DNA of 64,000 nucleotides from an uncultured Gemmatimonadales bacterium (GCA_963716255.1 OY970303.1:1728001-1792000), one strand, 5' to 3'. Counted from the stretch's first letter, positions 28,508 to 38,976 are shown. The notes: generated by a model from the sequence alone, not told the origin. A program made the numbers and translations.

Positions 28508-30071
28508 CTTGTCATACCCCAAATTTATCTAGGGAGGCTGCGAGGTCAGCGCCCTGCACCATGAGTTGCAGGGCCTGCATGCCTCTCCAGAGCGTGATCC
28601 AGCCGGGCATGTGGTCGACGCGCGTGCCCTGGTGCGAGCCCATGTGTCCGCCCAGACGTCCGAGCGCGAGCGCCACATCGCGTACAGTCTTTAACTCGCG
28701 GCGTAGTCGCAACGCCAGGAGCATGCGTTCTCGCTCGGTGAGCCCAGAGTCCTCCGCGGGAGCGAACGGATCGATCCGTACCGCCTCCTTCAGGGTGAGA
28801 ATGCGCGTCGCGACCACGCTCAGCAACGCGATGGCTGCGTAGAGCCGCTCGCTCGTCTCCAACTGCAAGTGCTCCGCTCCCAGCCCGCTCTTGAGCACCT
28901 TGTGATACTCCTCCACCAGCCAGCGCGCCGAGTACTGGCGGGCACACGCGGCGGCTTCGGCGGCCGAATGCACGGGCTGATCGCAGAGGAGAATCCACTC
29001 CAGGGGCTCCTTTACACTCGCAGGCGGATCCGCCTCCCAGACGCGCACCGCCGTGCAGCGCACGCCCGGCAAGCCGCCTGGACTCTTCCCCGGTCGTTGG
29101 GGCGAGCGCAGCGTCACCTGGCAGAACGCCACGCTCAGGACCGCTTCACGGGCGGGGTGCTGCGGACGCTCCCGCAGAGAGAGGGTGAATCCTCCCGCGG
29201 CAGGCTGGGCTCTCAGCTGCGTGAATAGCCTTGCTCCGCTTCCCGAACCAGTCTGCCACTGCGCCCACTCCAGGGCGCGATCCTGCGTGGCGCGCACCAG
29301 GAAGCCGTGCCCTGACTCCTGGCACAGCGTCAGGAACTCGTAGATGTCTGCCTCCCGGTCGCACACGCGAATCCAACGTGCGCCTGCCGGAGCCTCGCCC
29401 AGCCGCAGTGTGCTGTAGCTCCAGATCTCCGACTCCCGCTGTCGTGCTTTGGCAACCTTGGAATCCCGCTCTGCCGTGCGCTGTCTCTCCTGAGGACGGA
29501 CGTAGTACTGCTGGTCTGCAAGCCCGAGCACCAGCAGCGCAGGGCGCGATTTGCCCTCGGCCACAGCTCGCTCTGGCACCCACTCGATCGCCAGCACGGA
29601 GTGAACGAAGAAGCCTTGCAGCCCCTTCTTCCCCGACCCCAGGGGGCCCATGTCCGCACGCGGCGTCTTCCCACTCCAGCTGAACGCAGACGTATCCTCC
29701 GCCAGCAGGATCGTACGGCCCGGGGGCCCCAAGGTCATCGTCTCGCGCAGTCGGCTCCGGTGCCCCTCCTGCAGCGTATCCGGGGTGACCTGCGCATGGT
29801 CGAACAGCGCATAGGCCGCCTTGACGTCGTAGCGGCGGTCGAACAGAGCCGGAAGGCTGCTGCCCGGCGAATCCAGAAGGCGGCTTGCGATGAAAGTCGC
29901 TCGGTCCACCCGACGCACATCGCCCAGCGCAGCTCCTTCGAATTGCTCTTGGGCCCAACTCCTATTCTCTGCGCTCATCGTACACCTCCTGCCAGGGAGC
30001 TTCCCAAGCTACGGGCTGCCCTGCCAAGCGCAACGGTTTCAACCACCTGTAGAGATTTGGGGTATGACTAG
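28508..30071 (-). mobile_element. IS4-family (IS50/Tn5-like) insertion sequence, 1564 bp
   Basis: 17-bp TIR with 16/17 match (CTTGTCATACCCCAAAT / ATTTGGGGTATGACTAG); 10-bp TSD CGGCAGTTTG / CGGCTGTTTG. Confidence 0.95.
28512..29978 (-). CDS. IS4-family DDE transposase
   Basis: WAQEQF..LGDVRR, EDTS, CDREADIY, YSARWLVEEYHKVLKSG (YREK motif). Confidence 0.95.
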   Translation of the reverse strand: MSAENRSWAQEQFEGAALGDVRRVDRATFIASRLLDSPGSSLPALFDRRYDVKAAYALFDHAQVTPDTLQEGHRSRLRETMTLGPPGRTILLAEDTSAFSWSGKTPRADMGPLGSGKKGLQGFFVHSVLAIEWVPERAVAEGKSRPALLVLGLADQQYYVRPQERQRTAERDSKVAKARQRESEIWSYSTLRLGEAPAGARWIRVCDREADIYEFLTLCQESGHGFLVRATQDRALEWAQWQTGSGSGARLFTQLRAQPAAGGFTLSLRERPQHPAREAVLSVAFCQVTLRSPQRPGKSPGGLPGVRCTAVRVWEADPPASVKEPLEWILLCDQPVHSAAEAAACARQYSARWLVEEYHKVLKSGLGAEHLQLETSERLYAAIALLSVVATRILTLKEAVRIDPFAPAEDSGLTERERMLLALRLRRELKTVRDVALALGRLGGHMGSHQGTRVDHMPGWITLWRGMQALQLMVQGADLAASLDKFGV

Positions 30072-30201
30072 CGGCTGTTTGCCGGGGCTCGACTCCGTTA
30101 CGCACGGTTGTTTCGTGCGTTACGGAGCCGAAGCCCGACCCCGGCGCCAGCCGGGGTCACGCCCAAACGAGCGGTTCCCGATCCAAACCGCAACCCACCA
30201 C

Positions 30202-30235
30202 GAAAAAGCCCGGCGATCTCTCGCCGGGCCTTTTC
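30202..30235. terminator. intrinsic terminator downstream of the SusD gene
   Basis: AAAAAGCCCGGCGA-TCTC-TCGCCGGGCCTTTT. Confidence 0.75.
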
Positions 30236-30259
30236 ACGACACTCAGGAAGACGAACCCC

Positions 30260-31603
30260 TCACCGGTACGCGGGATTGGCGTTCATCTCGCCCCGGTTCA
30301 CCGGCAGGCACTCCACGTTGGCGTACTCCACGGTGGCGCTGCCCAGGTACGACCCCCGCTGGAACTCGTTGAAGTCCTCGATGTCGCCGTACTGCGTCTT
30401 GTACCGGCGCAGGTCGCCCAGCCGGTGCCCGTCCAGGTACAGGTCGCGGCGGCGCCCGTCGCGCACCGCGGCCCGGAAGTCCGCCGCGCTGACGGTGGCG
30501 GGGAGCGCCGCCTGGCTGCCGACGGCCCGCCGCGCGTTGACGAAGGCGAGCGTGGTGGCGTTGGGCCCCTCGGCCTCGGCGCGGATGTACTGCGCCTCCA
30601 GCCCCGAGGCGATGCGGATGGCGGCGCTCCGGGTGAACTCGCCGCCCGGCAGCGTCCCCGTGTAGGTGCTGAACGCGCCGGGCGAGTTGGGCACGAAGGC
30701 CCGGCCCCCGCCCTGCACCGTTTCCGTGACGTCGGGGAGCGGCACCCGCGGGTCCCGGAGCGTCTCGAACGGCGTCCCCGTGACGGAGGCCGCGATGGGC
30801 GCCGTCATGCGGGCGAAGAACACCTGGTTCTCCTCGGCGCTGTTCTCCGAGTAGAAGGAGCGGAAGACGAAGTCGGCGGGGACCTGGGCGGCGAACTGCG
30901 CCGCCAGCGGGCGGTCGCCCAGGTCGAGCGCGGCGCGCGCGATCCCCACCCGCGCGAGGTTGATGATGGAGTCCGCGCCCGCCACGCCGCGCGCGTTCGC
31001 GGGGACCGCGGCGGCGGCGGCGGCCCGCGCCGCGGTGGCCACGGTGATGGCCTCGTTGAAGCGCGGGATGGCGAAGTCGCGGAAGATCTCCGCCGGGGTG
31101 TGCGGCGGGCTCAGGTTCACGGGGATCCCGCAGTAGTGCTCGCCCAGCAGGTTGTACGTGGTCCCGGCGTACGCCAGCACGCGGGCCATGCGCAGGTCGG
31201 AGCTGGCGGAGTCGCCGCGCAGCGCCTTGAAGCGGCCCACGGTGCTGTCGGCCAGGAAGCGCGCCCGCTGGATCGTCGTGTAGGCGATGGCCGCGGTCCC
31301 GTTGTCCGGGTCCACGAAGCGCTGGTCGATCAGCTGCTCCTCGACGATGGTGGTGTGGTTGCGCAGCTCGTCGGTGAAGACGGCGGCGTAGTAGATCAGG
31401 TCGTCGTAGGCCCGCTGGAAGTCGCCCACCACGCCGTTGGTGAGCAGCCCCAGGTAGAAGGGGTCGTCCAGGTTCTCCACGTCGATCGCCTGGGGGTTCT
31501 CCACGTCCAGCAGGCCGCCGCAGCCGGCGAGCGCGCCGGAGGCCGCGATCGCGACCCCCAGGGCGGCGGTGCGGCGCAGCAGGGCGGAATGAAAGCGTCT
31601 CAT
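30260..31603 (-). CDS. RagB/SusD-family lipoprotein
   Basis: Lipobox LAGC, LYLDGHRLGDLRR, C-terminal E..ANP; follows the SusC gene. Confidence 0.85.
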   Translation of the reverse strand: MRRFHSALLRRTAALGVAIAASGALAGCGGLLDVENPQAIDVENLDDPFYLGLLTNGVVGDFQRAYDDLIYYAAVFTDELRNHTTIVEEQLIDQRFVDPDNGTAAIAYTTIQRARFLADSTVGRFKALRGDSASSDLRMARVLAYAGTTYNLLGEHYCGIPVNLSPPHTPAEIFRDFAIPRFNEAITVATAARAAAAAAVPANARGVAGADSIINLARVGIARAALDLGDRPLAAQFAAQVPADFVFRSFYSENSAEENQVFFARMTAPIAASVTGTPFETLRDPRVPLPDVTETVQGGGRAFVPNSPGAFSTYTGTLPGGEFTRSAAIRIASGLEAQYIRAEAEGPNATTLAFVNARRAVGSQAALPATVSAADFRAAVRDGRRRDLYLDGHRLGDLRRYKTQYGDIEDFNEFQRGSYLGSATVEYANVECLPVNRGEMNANPAYR

Positions 31604-31619
31604 GGGTGTGCGCCCCGCG

Positions 31620-34600
31620 TCAGAAGTTCACGTTGATGGCGGCGGACAGGCGCCGGTTCTGCGGCATCGCGTACGCGTCCACCCGCACGAAGGACCGGTT
31701 GCCGTAGGTGTTCACCTCGGGGTCGATCCCGGAGTACTTCGTCCACAGCGTCGCCAGGTTGTGGCCGGCGAGGGTCAGCGTGGCCTCCGAGACGCGGGAG
31801 AACGCCAGGTACCGCGACGGGATGGTGAACGACACCGACACGTCGCGCAGCTTGAGGAAGTCCCCGTCCTCGATGTACGGCGCGAACAGGTTGACCGGGG
31901 CCCCGGCCGGGTTCACCGCCGCGCCGCGGTAGATGGACACCTCGCCGGCGAAGGCGGAGTCCGCGGCGCTCGCCGGCGCCAGCACCCGCACGTCGTTCAC
32001 CCGCTCGCAGTTGAGCTGGAAGCGGCAGCGGTTGTACTCCTTGTAGTTGAACACCTTGTTGCCGCCCTTGTAGTCCAGTTGCGCGAACAGCCGCACGCCG
32101 CCGAAGAGGGTGAAGGTGTTGGAGAACCCTACCTCGCGCGTGGGCGCCGGCGGCCCCAGGTAGCTGAAGGCGGTGTCCACGACCGGCTGCAGCCGCGAGT
32201 TGATCACGTAGCCGCCGCTCGCGTCGCGCGAGGGGAGCTGCGCCCAGAAGCCGCCCAGCGGGTACCCCGGCCGGTTCTCCTGCACCGCCCCGTACGCCTG
32301 GCCGACCAGGACGCTGCGGGTCAGCCCGGGCTGCTCGAAGGTCAGCAGCTCGTTGTGGTTGGTGGCCAGGTTGAGCTGGCTCTCCCACGAGAAGCGGTCG
32401 CGCCGCACCGGGGTGGCGGTCAGCAGCAGCTCGACGCCGGTGTTGCGGATGTCGCCCAGGTTCTCGGTGCGGCCCTGGAAGAAGCCCTCCGACGGGGCGA
32501 TGGAGACCGCCTGCAGCAGGTTGTCCGTGCGCTTGTTGTAGTAGGTGAAGTCCACCGCCAGGCGGTTGTCGAAGAGGCCGCCCTCGAAGCCCACCTCGAA
32601 CTCCTCGCCGCGCTCCGGCTCCAGGTTGGGGTTGCCGAAGTTGAGGGTGCGGACGCCGCTCACCGTGGTCACGCCCGTCGCGGTGGGCTGCGTCACCTTG
32701 ACCACCGTGTACGTCTGGTTGGCCTGGTTCGCCAGCGGGGCGCGCCCGGCCTGCCCGTACGCCGCGCGCAGCTTGAAGTCGGCGACGCGCGCCCGCTCGA
32801 AGAAGCCCGCGAGCGCCGGCTCCTCGCTCACCACGTAGGAGACCTGCGCCTTGGGGTAGGTGATCAGGTCGAACTCCGCCCCGAAGCTGGAAAAGTCGTC
32901 CGCCCGCAGCGCGCCCACCAGGAAGAGGCGGTTGTTGATGCTCAGCTGCTGCTGGACGTAGTAGCCGATGGAGTTGACCTCCTCGAACGTGTTGGACCCC
33001 GTGGTGAGGGCCGCGTTCTGGATGGCCGTGATGTCGGGGGCGCCCAGCCCCGTGCCGGAGCCGAAGAGCTGGTCGAAGCGCCGCGCGATGTACTGCGTGC
33101 CGAACGACGTGGACGACTCCATCCACCCCGTGACCGGGAGCTCCACCGTGCCCACGTAGTCCGCCGTGTACACCCGGTTGCGGGGGTAGCGCAGCGAGCT
33201 CTGACCCTCGGGGAAGCCCGCGAACTCGGCGTCCGTGGAGCCCGGGGGCGACAGGAGGCGCGCCTCGTTCTGCGTGAGGTCCAGCCCCAGCGTCAGCCGG
33301 TTGCGGAACCACTCGAAGGGCCGGTAGTTGGCCGTGGTCCCCAGCGTGGTCCGGTCGGAGTAGGTCTGGTTGTCGTAGCGGACCGCCTGCTCGCCGCCCA
33401 CGGAGCCCGGGTACCCCGGGAACACGTTGGGGAAGGAGGAGCGCCGCCCCGGGATGCCGCGCACCGAAAGGAGGTACAGCCCCTGCCCCGACTCGTCGCC
33501 CACGGGGAGCCGCAGGTGGTTGCGGACGTAGTTGCTGGACACCTGGAAGTCCAGCTGGTCGGTGGCGTAGGCGGTGAAGTTGGCCCGCACCGAGCGCCGC
33601 CGGTTGAAGCTGTTGGCGAACAGGCCGTTCTCGTGGTCCAGGTCGCCCGAGACGAAGTACGAGAAGCGGTCGCCGCCGCCGCGCACCGACAGGTTCAGCC
33701 GGTTCAGGTCGCCGGAGTTGATGCCGAACGGGTCGTCCAGGATGGGGCTCCGCTCCTGGAGCACCGTGCCGGCCGCCACCCCCTGGCACGCCGGGTACGT
33801 GGGCTCGGAAACGCTGTTCACGACCGTGCGGGCCGCGATGTTGGCCGGGGTGCAGGTGGTGAAGTTGTCGACGATGTCCGACCCGATCCGGCTCTGCCCG
33901 TACTCGTACTTCACGTTCCAGCGGGTCCGCTGGGCCCCGCGCGGCCCCTTCTTGGTGATCACCTGGATCACCCCCGCCGCCGCCTCCGCGCCGTACAGCG
34001 TGGCCGCCGCCGGCCCCTTGAGCACCTCGATGGACTCGATGTCCTCCGGGTTGATGAAGGAGAGCGCCGAGGTCACCTGGGTGCTGAAGGACTGGGTCCC
34101 TGCCCCCGACGCGCCGAAGTTGCCCAGCGACGCGTCGCTGTAGCGGATCCCGTCCACGTAGATCACCGGCCGCACCGAGGTGAGCGAGCCGGCGCCGCGA
34201 ACCACGATGTCCGCCGCCGCGCCGGGGGTGCCGGAGTTGGAAAGGATCTGCACGCCCGGTGTGCGCGACTGCAGGATCTCCGTGACGTCGCTCACCGTGG
34301 TCTTCTCGGTCACCGACGCGGCGTCCAGCTTGACCATGGAGTTGCCGAGCTCGCGGCGGCTGGTGGCCCCCGGCGTGCCCGTGACCACGATGGCGTCCAG
34401 CGCCACGCTCGCCGCGGCGAGCGCGAAGTCGGCACGGGCGGTCTCCCCCGCGGCGACGGTGACGGTGGAGGTGGCCGGCGCGTAGCCGAGCATGGCCGCC
34501 CGGAGCTGCACCCGGCCGGCCGGGACGCCGGCCAGCGAGTACTCCCCGGTGCCGCCGGTCACGGCGCCCTGCCCGCTCCCCGTCGTCACCCGCACCCCCG

Positions 34601-34745
34601 CGAGCGGGCGCTGGGTGCCGGTCTCCACGACGGTGCCGCGCACGGTCCCGGTGGACTGCGCGGCGAGCGGGGGGGCGGCCGTCCCCAGCAGGGCGGCTGC
34701 CCCGACGAGCACCCGCGCGATGATCCTGCGACCTGGTAGGGTCAT
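31620..34745 (-). CDS. SusC/RagA TonB-dependent receptor
   Basis: INPEDIESIEVLKGPAAATLYG, GNPNLEPER, C-terminal Phe. Confidence 0.93.
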   Translation of the reverse strand: MTLPGRRIIARVLVGAAALLGTAAPPLAAQSTGTVRGTVVETGTQRPLAGVRVTTGSGQGAVTGGTGEYSLAGVPAGRVQLRAAMLGYAPATSTVTVAAGETARADFALAAASVALDAIVVTGTPGATSRRELGNSMVKLDAASVTEKTTVSDVTEILQSRTPGVQILSNSGTPGAAADIVVRGAGSLTSVRPVIYVDGIRYSDASLGNFGASGAGTQSFSTQVTSALSFINPEDIESIEVLKGPAAATLYGAEAAAGVIQVITKKGPRGAQRTRWNVKYEYGQSRIGSDIVDNFTTCTPANIAARTVVNSVSEPTYPACQGVAAGTVLQERSPILDDPFGINSGDLNRLNLSVRGGGDRFSYFVSGDLDHENGLFANSFNRRRSVRANFTAYATDQLDFQVSSNYVRNHLRLPVGDESGQGLYLLSVRGIPGRRSSFPNVFPGYPGSVGGEQAVRYDNQTYSDRTTLGTTANYRPFEWFRNRLTLGLDLTQNEARLLSPPGSTDAEFAGFPEGQSSLRYPRNRVYTADYVGTVELPVTGWMESSTSFGTQYIARRFDQLFGSGTGLGAPDITAIQNAALTTGSNTFEEVNSIGYYVQQQLSINNRLFLVGALRADDFSSFGAEFDLITYPKAQVSYVVSEEPALAGFFERARVADFKLRAAYGQAGRAPLANQANQTYTVVKVTQPTATGVTTVSGVRTLNFGNPNLEPERGEEFEVGFEGGLFDNRLAVDFTYYNKRTDNLLQAVSIAPSEGFFQGRTENLGDIRNTGVELLLTATPVRRDRFSWESQLNLATNHNELLTFEQPGLTRSVLVGQAYGAVQENRPGYPLGGFWAQLPSRDASGGYVINSRLQPVVDTAFSYLGPPAPTREVGFSNTFTLFGGVRLFAQLDYKGGNKVFNYKEYNRCRFQLNCERVNDVRVLAPASAADSAFAGEVSIYRGAAVNPAGAPVNLFAPYIEDGDFLKLRDVSVSFTIPSRYLAFSRVSEATLTLAGHNLATLWTKYSGIDPEVNTYGNRSFVRVDAYAMPQNRRLSAAINVNF

Positions 34746-35028
34746 TTGTTTCTCCTTGAGACGAATTGCACTGCGATCGGGCGGCGAGCACGAAGAAGTG
34801 GAGGCGGGCACCGTCCTTTCGGTTGGGAGGAAAGCGTGGACGGGAACGACGAACGACCGGACCTGCCTGCGGTGCGGAAGCGTGACCTGCCCGTGCTGTG
34901 GCTGAGACCGCAGATTAGCCGGCGTGGACATGCATGTCAACGCGGTTTCCGCGCGCCGCCACACGTTTCCGGGCACCGGGCCCGCGCGCAAATAAGCGCG
35001 GGGCACCATGCCGAACGGCACGGTGCCC

Positions 35029-35158
35029 CGCGTGAGGGATTACGGCCCGAAGGGGCGAGACCCGCGGGCAGTTTCGCGGGGCTCGACTCCGTTAGCCCGC
35101 GTTGTTTGCGGGCTTACGGAGCCGAAGCCCGACCCCAGCGCCAGCCGGGGGCACGCCC
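35029..35158 (-). repeat. family A copy 8
   Basis: Reverse-complement alignment. Confidence 0.95.
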
Positions 35159-35187
35159 GAACCCGCGGTTGCCGTTCAGCCCAAGCG

Positions 35188-37632
35188 CTACAGCTTCCAG
35201 ATCCGCTCCGCGTACTCCCGCACCGAACGATCGCTGGAAAAGAACCCGCAGCGCGCCACGTTGAGGATCGCGCTCCGGGTCCACGCCTCGCGGTCGCGGT
35301 ATGCCGCGTCCACCGCGTCCTGCGCCGCCACGTACGCGTCGAAGTCGGCGAGGAGCATGAAGCGGTCGTCGTGCAGCAGCGAGTCCAGCAGCGGGCGGAA
35401 GAGCCCCGGGTTCTCCGCCGACAGCGCCCCGGAGGAGATGAAGTCCAGCACCCGGCGCAGCCGCGGGCTGGCCTCCACGAAGCGGCGCGGGTCGTACCCC
35501 GCCGCCTTGGAGGCCGCGACCTGCTCCGCGGTGAGCCCGAAGATGAAGACGTTGTCCGGCCCCACCGCCTCGGCGATCTCCACGTTGGCGCCGTCCAGCG
35601 TGCCGATGGTGAGCGCCCCGTTGAGCGCGAACTTCATGTTCCCCGTCCCCGACGCCTCGTACCCCGCCGTGGAGATCTGCTCCGACAGGTCGCTCCCGGG
35701 AAAGATCCGCTCGGCCAGCGACACCCGGTAGTCCGGGAGGAAGGCAACCTGCAGCCTGGGGCTCACCGCCGGGTCGGCGTTGGCCTTCGCCGCGACGGCG
35801 TTGATGAGCTGGATGATCAGCTTCGCCGTCCAGTAGGTGGGCGCCGCCTTGCCGCCGAAGAGCACCGCGCGCGGCACCACGTCCAGCGCCGGGTCGTCGC
35901 GCAGGCGCAGGTACAGGTCCACCAGGCGCAGCGCGTTGAGGAGCTGGCGCTTGTACTCGTGCATGCGCTTCACCTGCACGTCCACCAGCGCGTGCGGGTC
36001 CATCTTCACCCCCGTCTCGGCGAGGACGGTCTTCGCCAGCGCGGCCTTGTTGGCCGCCTTGATGGCGCGCCAGCGCTCGCGGAACACGGTGTCGTCGGCA
36101 TGCGCCTCCAGCCCTTTCAGCAGCGGGAGGTCCACGATCCACCCGTCGCCCACCGTTTCCGTGATCAGCTCCGAGAGCCCGGGGTTGGACTTGAGGAGCC
36201 AGCGCCGCTGCGTCACCCCGTTGGTCACCGAGGTGATGCGGTCCGGGTACAGCTCGTCGAACTCGTGGAAGATGCGCTCGCGCAGGATCTGCGTGTGAAG
36301 CGCCGCCACGCCGTTGACGGTGTGGCTCCCCACGATGGCCAGGTGCGCCATGCGCACCTGCCCGCCCGAGATGATCGCCATGCGCTCCACCCGCGCCGGG
36401 TCCTCGGGGAAGCGGCCCGCCACCTGCTCGCGGAAGCGCCGGTCGATCTCGCGCACCAGGTCGAAGTGCCGGGGGAGGAGCCGCGAGAACAGGTCCACGC
36501 CCCACGCCTCCAGCGCCTCCGGGAGCACCGTGTGGTTGGTGTACGCGAAGGTGCGGCGGGCGATGTCGAAGGCGTCGTCCCACTCCAGCCCCTCCTCGTC
36601 CATCAGCAGCCGCATCAGCTCGGGGATGGCCACCGCCGGGTGGGTGTCGTTGAGCTGCACCTGCACCTTGTCGGGGAAGTCCGTGAAGGTCTTCCGCTCG
36701 CGCTTGTAGCGCAGGAGGATGTCCTGCAGCGTGGCCGACACGAAGAAGTACTGCTGCTTGAGACGCAGCTCCTTCCCCGCCCCCGTGTCGTCGGGCGGGT
36801 ACAGCACCTTGGAGATGGTCTCCGTCTGCGTCTTGGCCTCCACCGCGGCGATGTAGTTGCCGCGGATGAAGCCCTCCAGGTCGAACTCCTCGGTGGCCTT
36901 GGCCGCCCAGAGCCGCAGGGTGTTGACGGTGTGGTTGCAGTAGCCGGGGATGGGGGTGTCGTAGGCCATGGCCAGCACGTCGCTGGTGTCCACCCAGCTG
37001 AAGTGCACGCGCCCCTCCGAGTCCTTTTCGCCCACCACCCGCCCGTAGAACTTCACCGGGTAGGTGCGGTCCGGCCGGGCGATCTCCCAGGGGTTGTCGT
37101 CGCGCAGCCAGTTGTCGGGCATCTCCACCTGGCGGCCGTCCGCGTCGATGCGCTGCCGGAAGATGCCGTGCTCGTAGCGGATCCCGTAGCCGTAGCCGGG
37201 GATCTCCAGCGTCGCCATGGAGTCCAGGTAGCACGCCGCCAGCCGCCCCAGGCCGCCGTTGCCCAGCCCGGCGTCGGGCTCGCGCTCCTCCAGCACCTCC
37301 AGGTCGTAGCCCAGCTCGGCCACGGCCTCGGCGGTGGCGCCCTCGAGCCCCAGGTTGACGAGGGCGTTCCCCAGGGCCCGGCCCATGAGGAACTCCAGCG
37401 ACAGGTAGTAGACGCGCTTCACGTCGTCGCGCCGGTACGCGGACTGGGTGGCCGCCCAGCGCTCGGCGAGCCGGTCGCGGACGCTCCACGCCGTGCTCAT
37501 GTAGACGTCGCGCTCGTTGGCGCTGGTCTGGTCCAGCGCGAGCGTGTAGGTGACGTGGTCGGAGATGGCGCGCTTCAGGGCATCTATGCGCGTGGACCTG
37601 CGTCCCGTGTCGGGCCGTGGGTTCTGGAGCAT
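35188..37632 (-). CDS. glgP: glycogen/alpha-glucan phosphorylase
   Basis: GLGNGGLGRLAAC, QLNDTHP, KRMHEYKRQ, EASGTGNMKF. Confidence 0.97.
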   Translation of the reverse strand: MLQNPRPDTGRRSTRIDALKRAISDHVTYTLALDQTSANERDVYMSTAWSVRDRLAERWAATQSAYRRDDVKRVYYLSLEFLMGRALGNALVNLGLEGATAEAVAELGYDLEVLEEREPDAGLGNGGLGRLAACYLDSMATLEIPGYGYGIRYEHGIFRQRIDADGRQVEMPDNWLRDDNPWEIARPDRTYPVKFYGRVVGEKDSEGRVHFSWVDTSDVLAMAYDTPIPGYCNHTVNTLRLWAAKATEEFDLEGFIRGNYIAAVEAKTQTETISKVLYPPDDTGAGKELRLKQQYFFVSATLQDILLRYKRERKTFTDFPDKVQVQLNDTHPAVAIPELMRLLMDEEGLEWDDAFDIARRTFAYTNHTVLPEALEAWGVDLFSRLLPRHFDLVREIDRRFREQVAGRFPEDPARVERMAIISGGQVRMAHLAIVGSHTVNGVAALHTQILRERIFHEFDELYPDRITSVTNGVTQRRWLLKSNPGLSELITETVGDGWIVDLPLLKGLEAHADDTVFRERWRAIKAANKAALAKTVLAETGVKMDPHALVDVQVKRMHEYKRQLLNALRLVDLYLRLRDDPALDVVPRAVLFGGKAAPTYWTAKLIIQLINAVAAKANADPAVSPRLQVAFLPDYRVSLAERIFPGSDLSEQISTAGYEASGTGNMKFALNGALTIGTLDGANVEIAEAVGPDNVFIFGLTAEQVAASKAAGYDPRRFVEASPRLRRVLDFISSGALSAENPGLFRPLLDSLLHDDRFMLLADFDAYVAAQDAVDAAYRDREAWTRSAILNVARCGFFSSDRSVREYAERIWKL

Positions 37633-37746
37633 GGGAGTTTTTCGGGGAAAGCTCGGCCGGTGACATCCCGGCCCGCCGCTGCGGGCGGACTGCAGGAAAC
37701 TGGAAGAGGGCACAAAGATAAGGGCGCCCGCGAGCGCCCGAAAGGT

Positions 37747-38976
37747 TCAACCCCTGTCCGCCCTCGACAGTTCCCCCGCGCCGCGCTCCGCGCCGCGCCT
37801 GCACGGAAACGCCAGGGCGAACAGCGAGCCCTCCTCGCCGAACTCCGCCCAGGTGCGCCCGCCCATCCCCTCCACCGTTTCCCGGACGATGCTGAGCCCC
37901 AGCCCCGTCCCCTCCACCCCGGTGACGGTGCCGTGCGCCCGGAAGAAGCGCTGGAACAGCCTGGAGCGCGCCTCCTCCGGCACCCCGATGCCGTTGTCGC
38001 GCACCTCCACCACCAGCTCGCACCCCCCGGTGCCCTGCGTGCCCTCCAGGAAGGCGCCGATGTGCACGCGGCGGGCGGGCTTGGACGGGTCCGAGTACTT
38101 GATGGCGTTGGACACGTAGTTGGACAGGCTCAGCTCCACCGCCGCCGCGTTGACCTCGATGCAGGGGAGCTCCCCCTCCACCTTCACCTCCACCCCGCGC
38201 GACTGCGCCATCTCGCGGAGCTGGCGGACCACCTCGCCCACCGCCTCGGGGAGGAGCACGTTGCGCTGGCGGCGCAGGTCGCTGTCCAGCCGCGACAGCT
38301 CCATCAGGTTCTGCAGGATGTCCTGCATGGCCTCGGTGTTCTGCACCGCCATCTCCGCGAAGCGGGCGCGCTTCTGCGGGTTTTCCGCGATCCAGTCCTC
38401 CTGGAGCATCTGCGCCGCCCCCAGCACCGTCCCGATGCGGTTCTTGAGCTCGTGCGACACCATGCGGTTGAAGCTGCGCAGCCGGTTCTCGCGCTCGCGC
38501 ACCTGCTCGGCGGAAAGGCGCAGGTAGTGCCCGGTGGTGTGCTGCTGGATGATGGACACGGCGCGGAAGAGCCGGTGCGCGCACGCCAGCAGCTCGGAGC
38601 GGGTGCACGGCTCGTCCACGTCGTCCACCGTTCGCACCAGGAAAGCGAAGAGCACGCCGCCCAGGATCTCGTACTCCTTGAGGATCTCGTGGGCGTCGAA
38701 GCCCTGGGTGTAGCGCAGTCCGCCCAGCTCGATCGCCTTGGCCACCACCGGGACGTCGGCGGTGATCTCCTGCGCGGGGTCCTCCAGGTAGTCGGCGATC
38801 CCCACCATCAGCAGCGGCACGTGGTCCAGCAGCTCGTCGGTGGGAAAGACGCGCATGGGATCCAGGGCCACGCGGGCGGCGATGCGGTCCAGCCAGCGGC
38901 GGGTGAGGTCCTCCCGCGCGTCGCGGATCTCCTTCGCCAGCGCCACGGCGAGCCTGCAGTTTACGGTGATCTCCAT
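37747..38976 (-). CDS. soluble sensor histidine kinase (RsbRD-N-like helical N-terminus)
   Basis: SHELKN, NYVSNAIKY, DNGIG, GTGLGL; no TM segment seen. Confidence 0.9.
   Translation of the reverse strand: MEITVNCRLAVALAKEIRDAREDLTRRWLDRIAARVALDPMRVFPTDELLDHVPLLMVGIADYLEDPAQEITADVPVVAKAIELGGLRYTQGFDAHEILKEYEILGGVLFAFLVRTVDDVDEPCTRSELLACAHRLFRAVSIIQQHTTGHYLRLSAEQVRERENRLRSFNRMVSHELKNRIGTVLGAAQMLQEDWIAENPQKRARFAEMAVQNTEAMQDILQNLMELSRLDSDLRRQRNVLLPEAVGEVVRQLREMAQSRGVEVKVEGELPCIEVNAAAVELSLSNYVSNAIKYSDPSKPARRVHIGAFLEGTQGTGGCELVVEVRDNGIGVPEEARSRLFQRFFRAHGTVTGVEGTGLGLSIVRETVEGMGGRTWAEFGEEGSLFALAFPCRRGAERGAGELSRADRG

Larger units (their letters stand above)
28461..30164 (-). repeat. family A copy 7, split by the IS4 element
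   Basis: 28461-28507 and 30072-30164 rejoin to a full unit. Confidence 0.9.
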
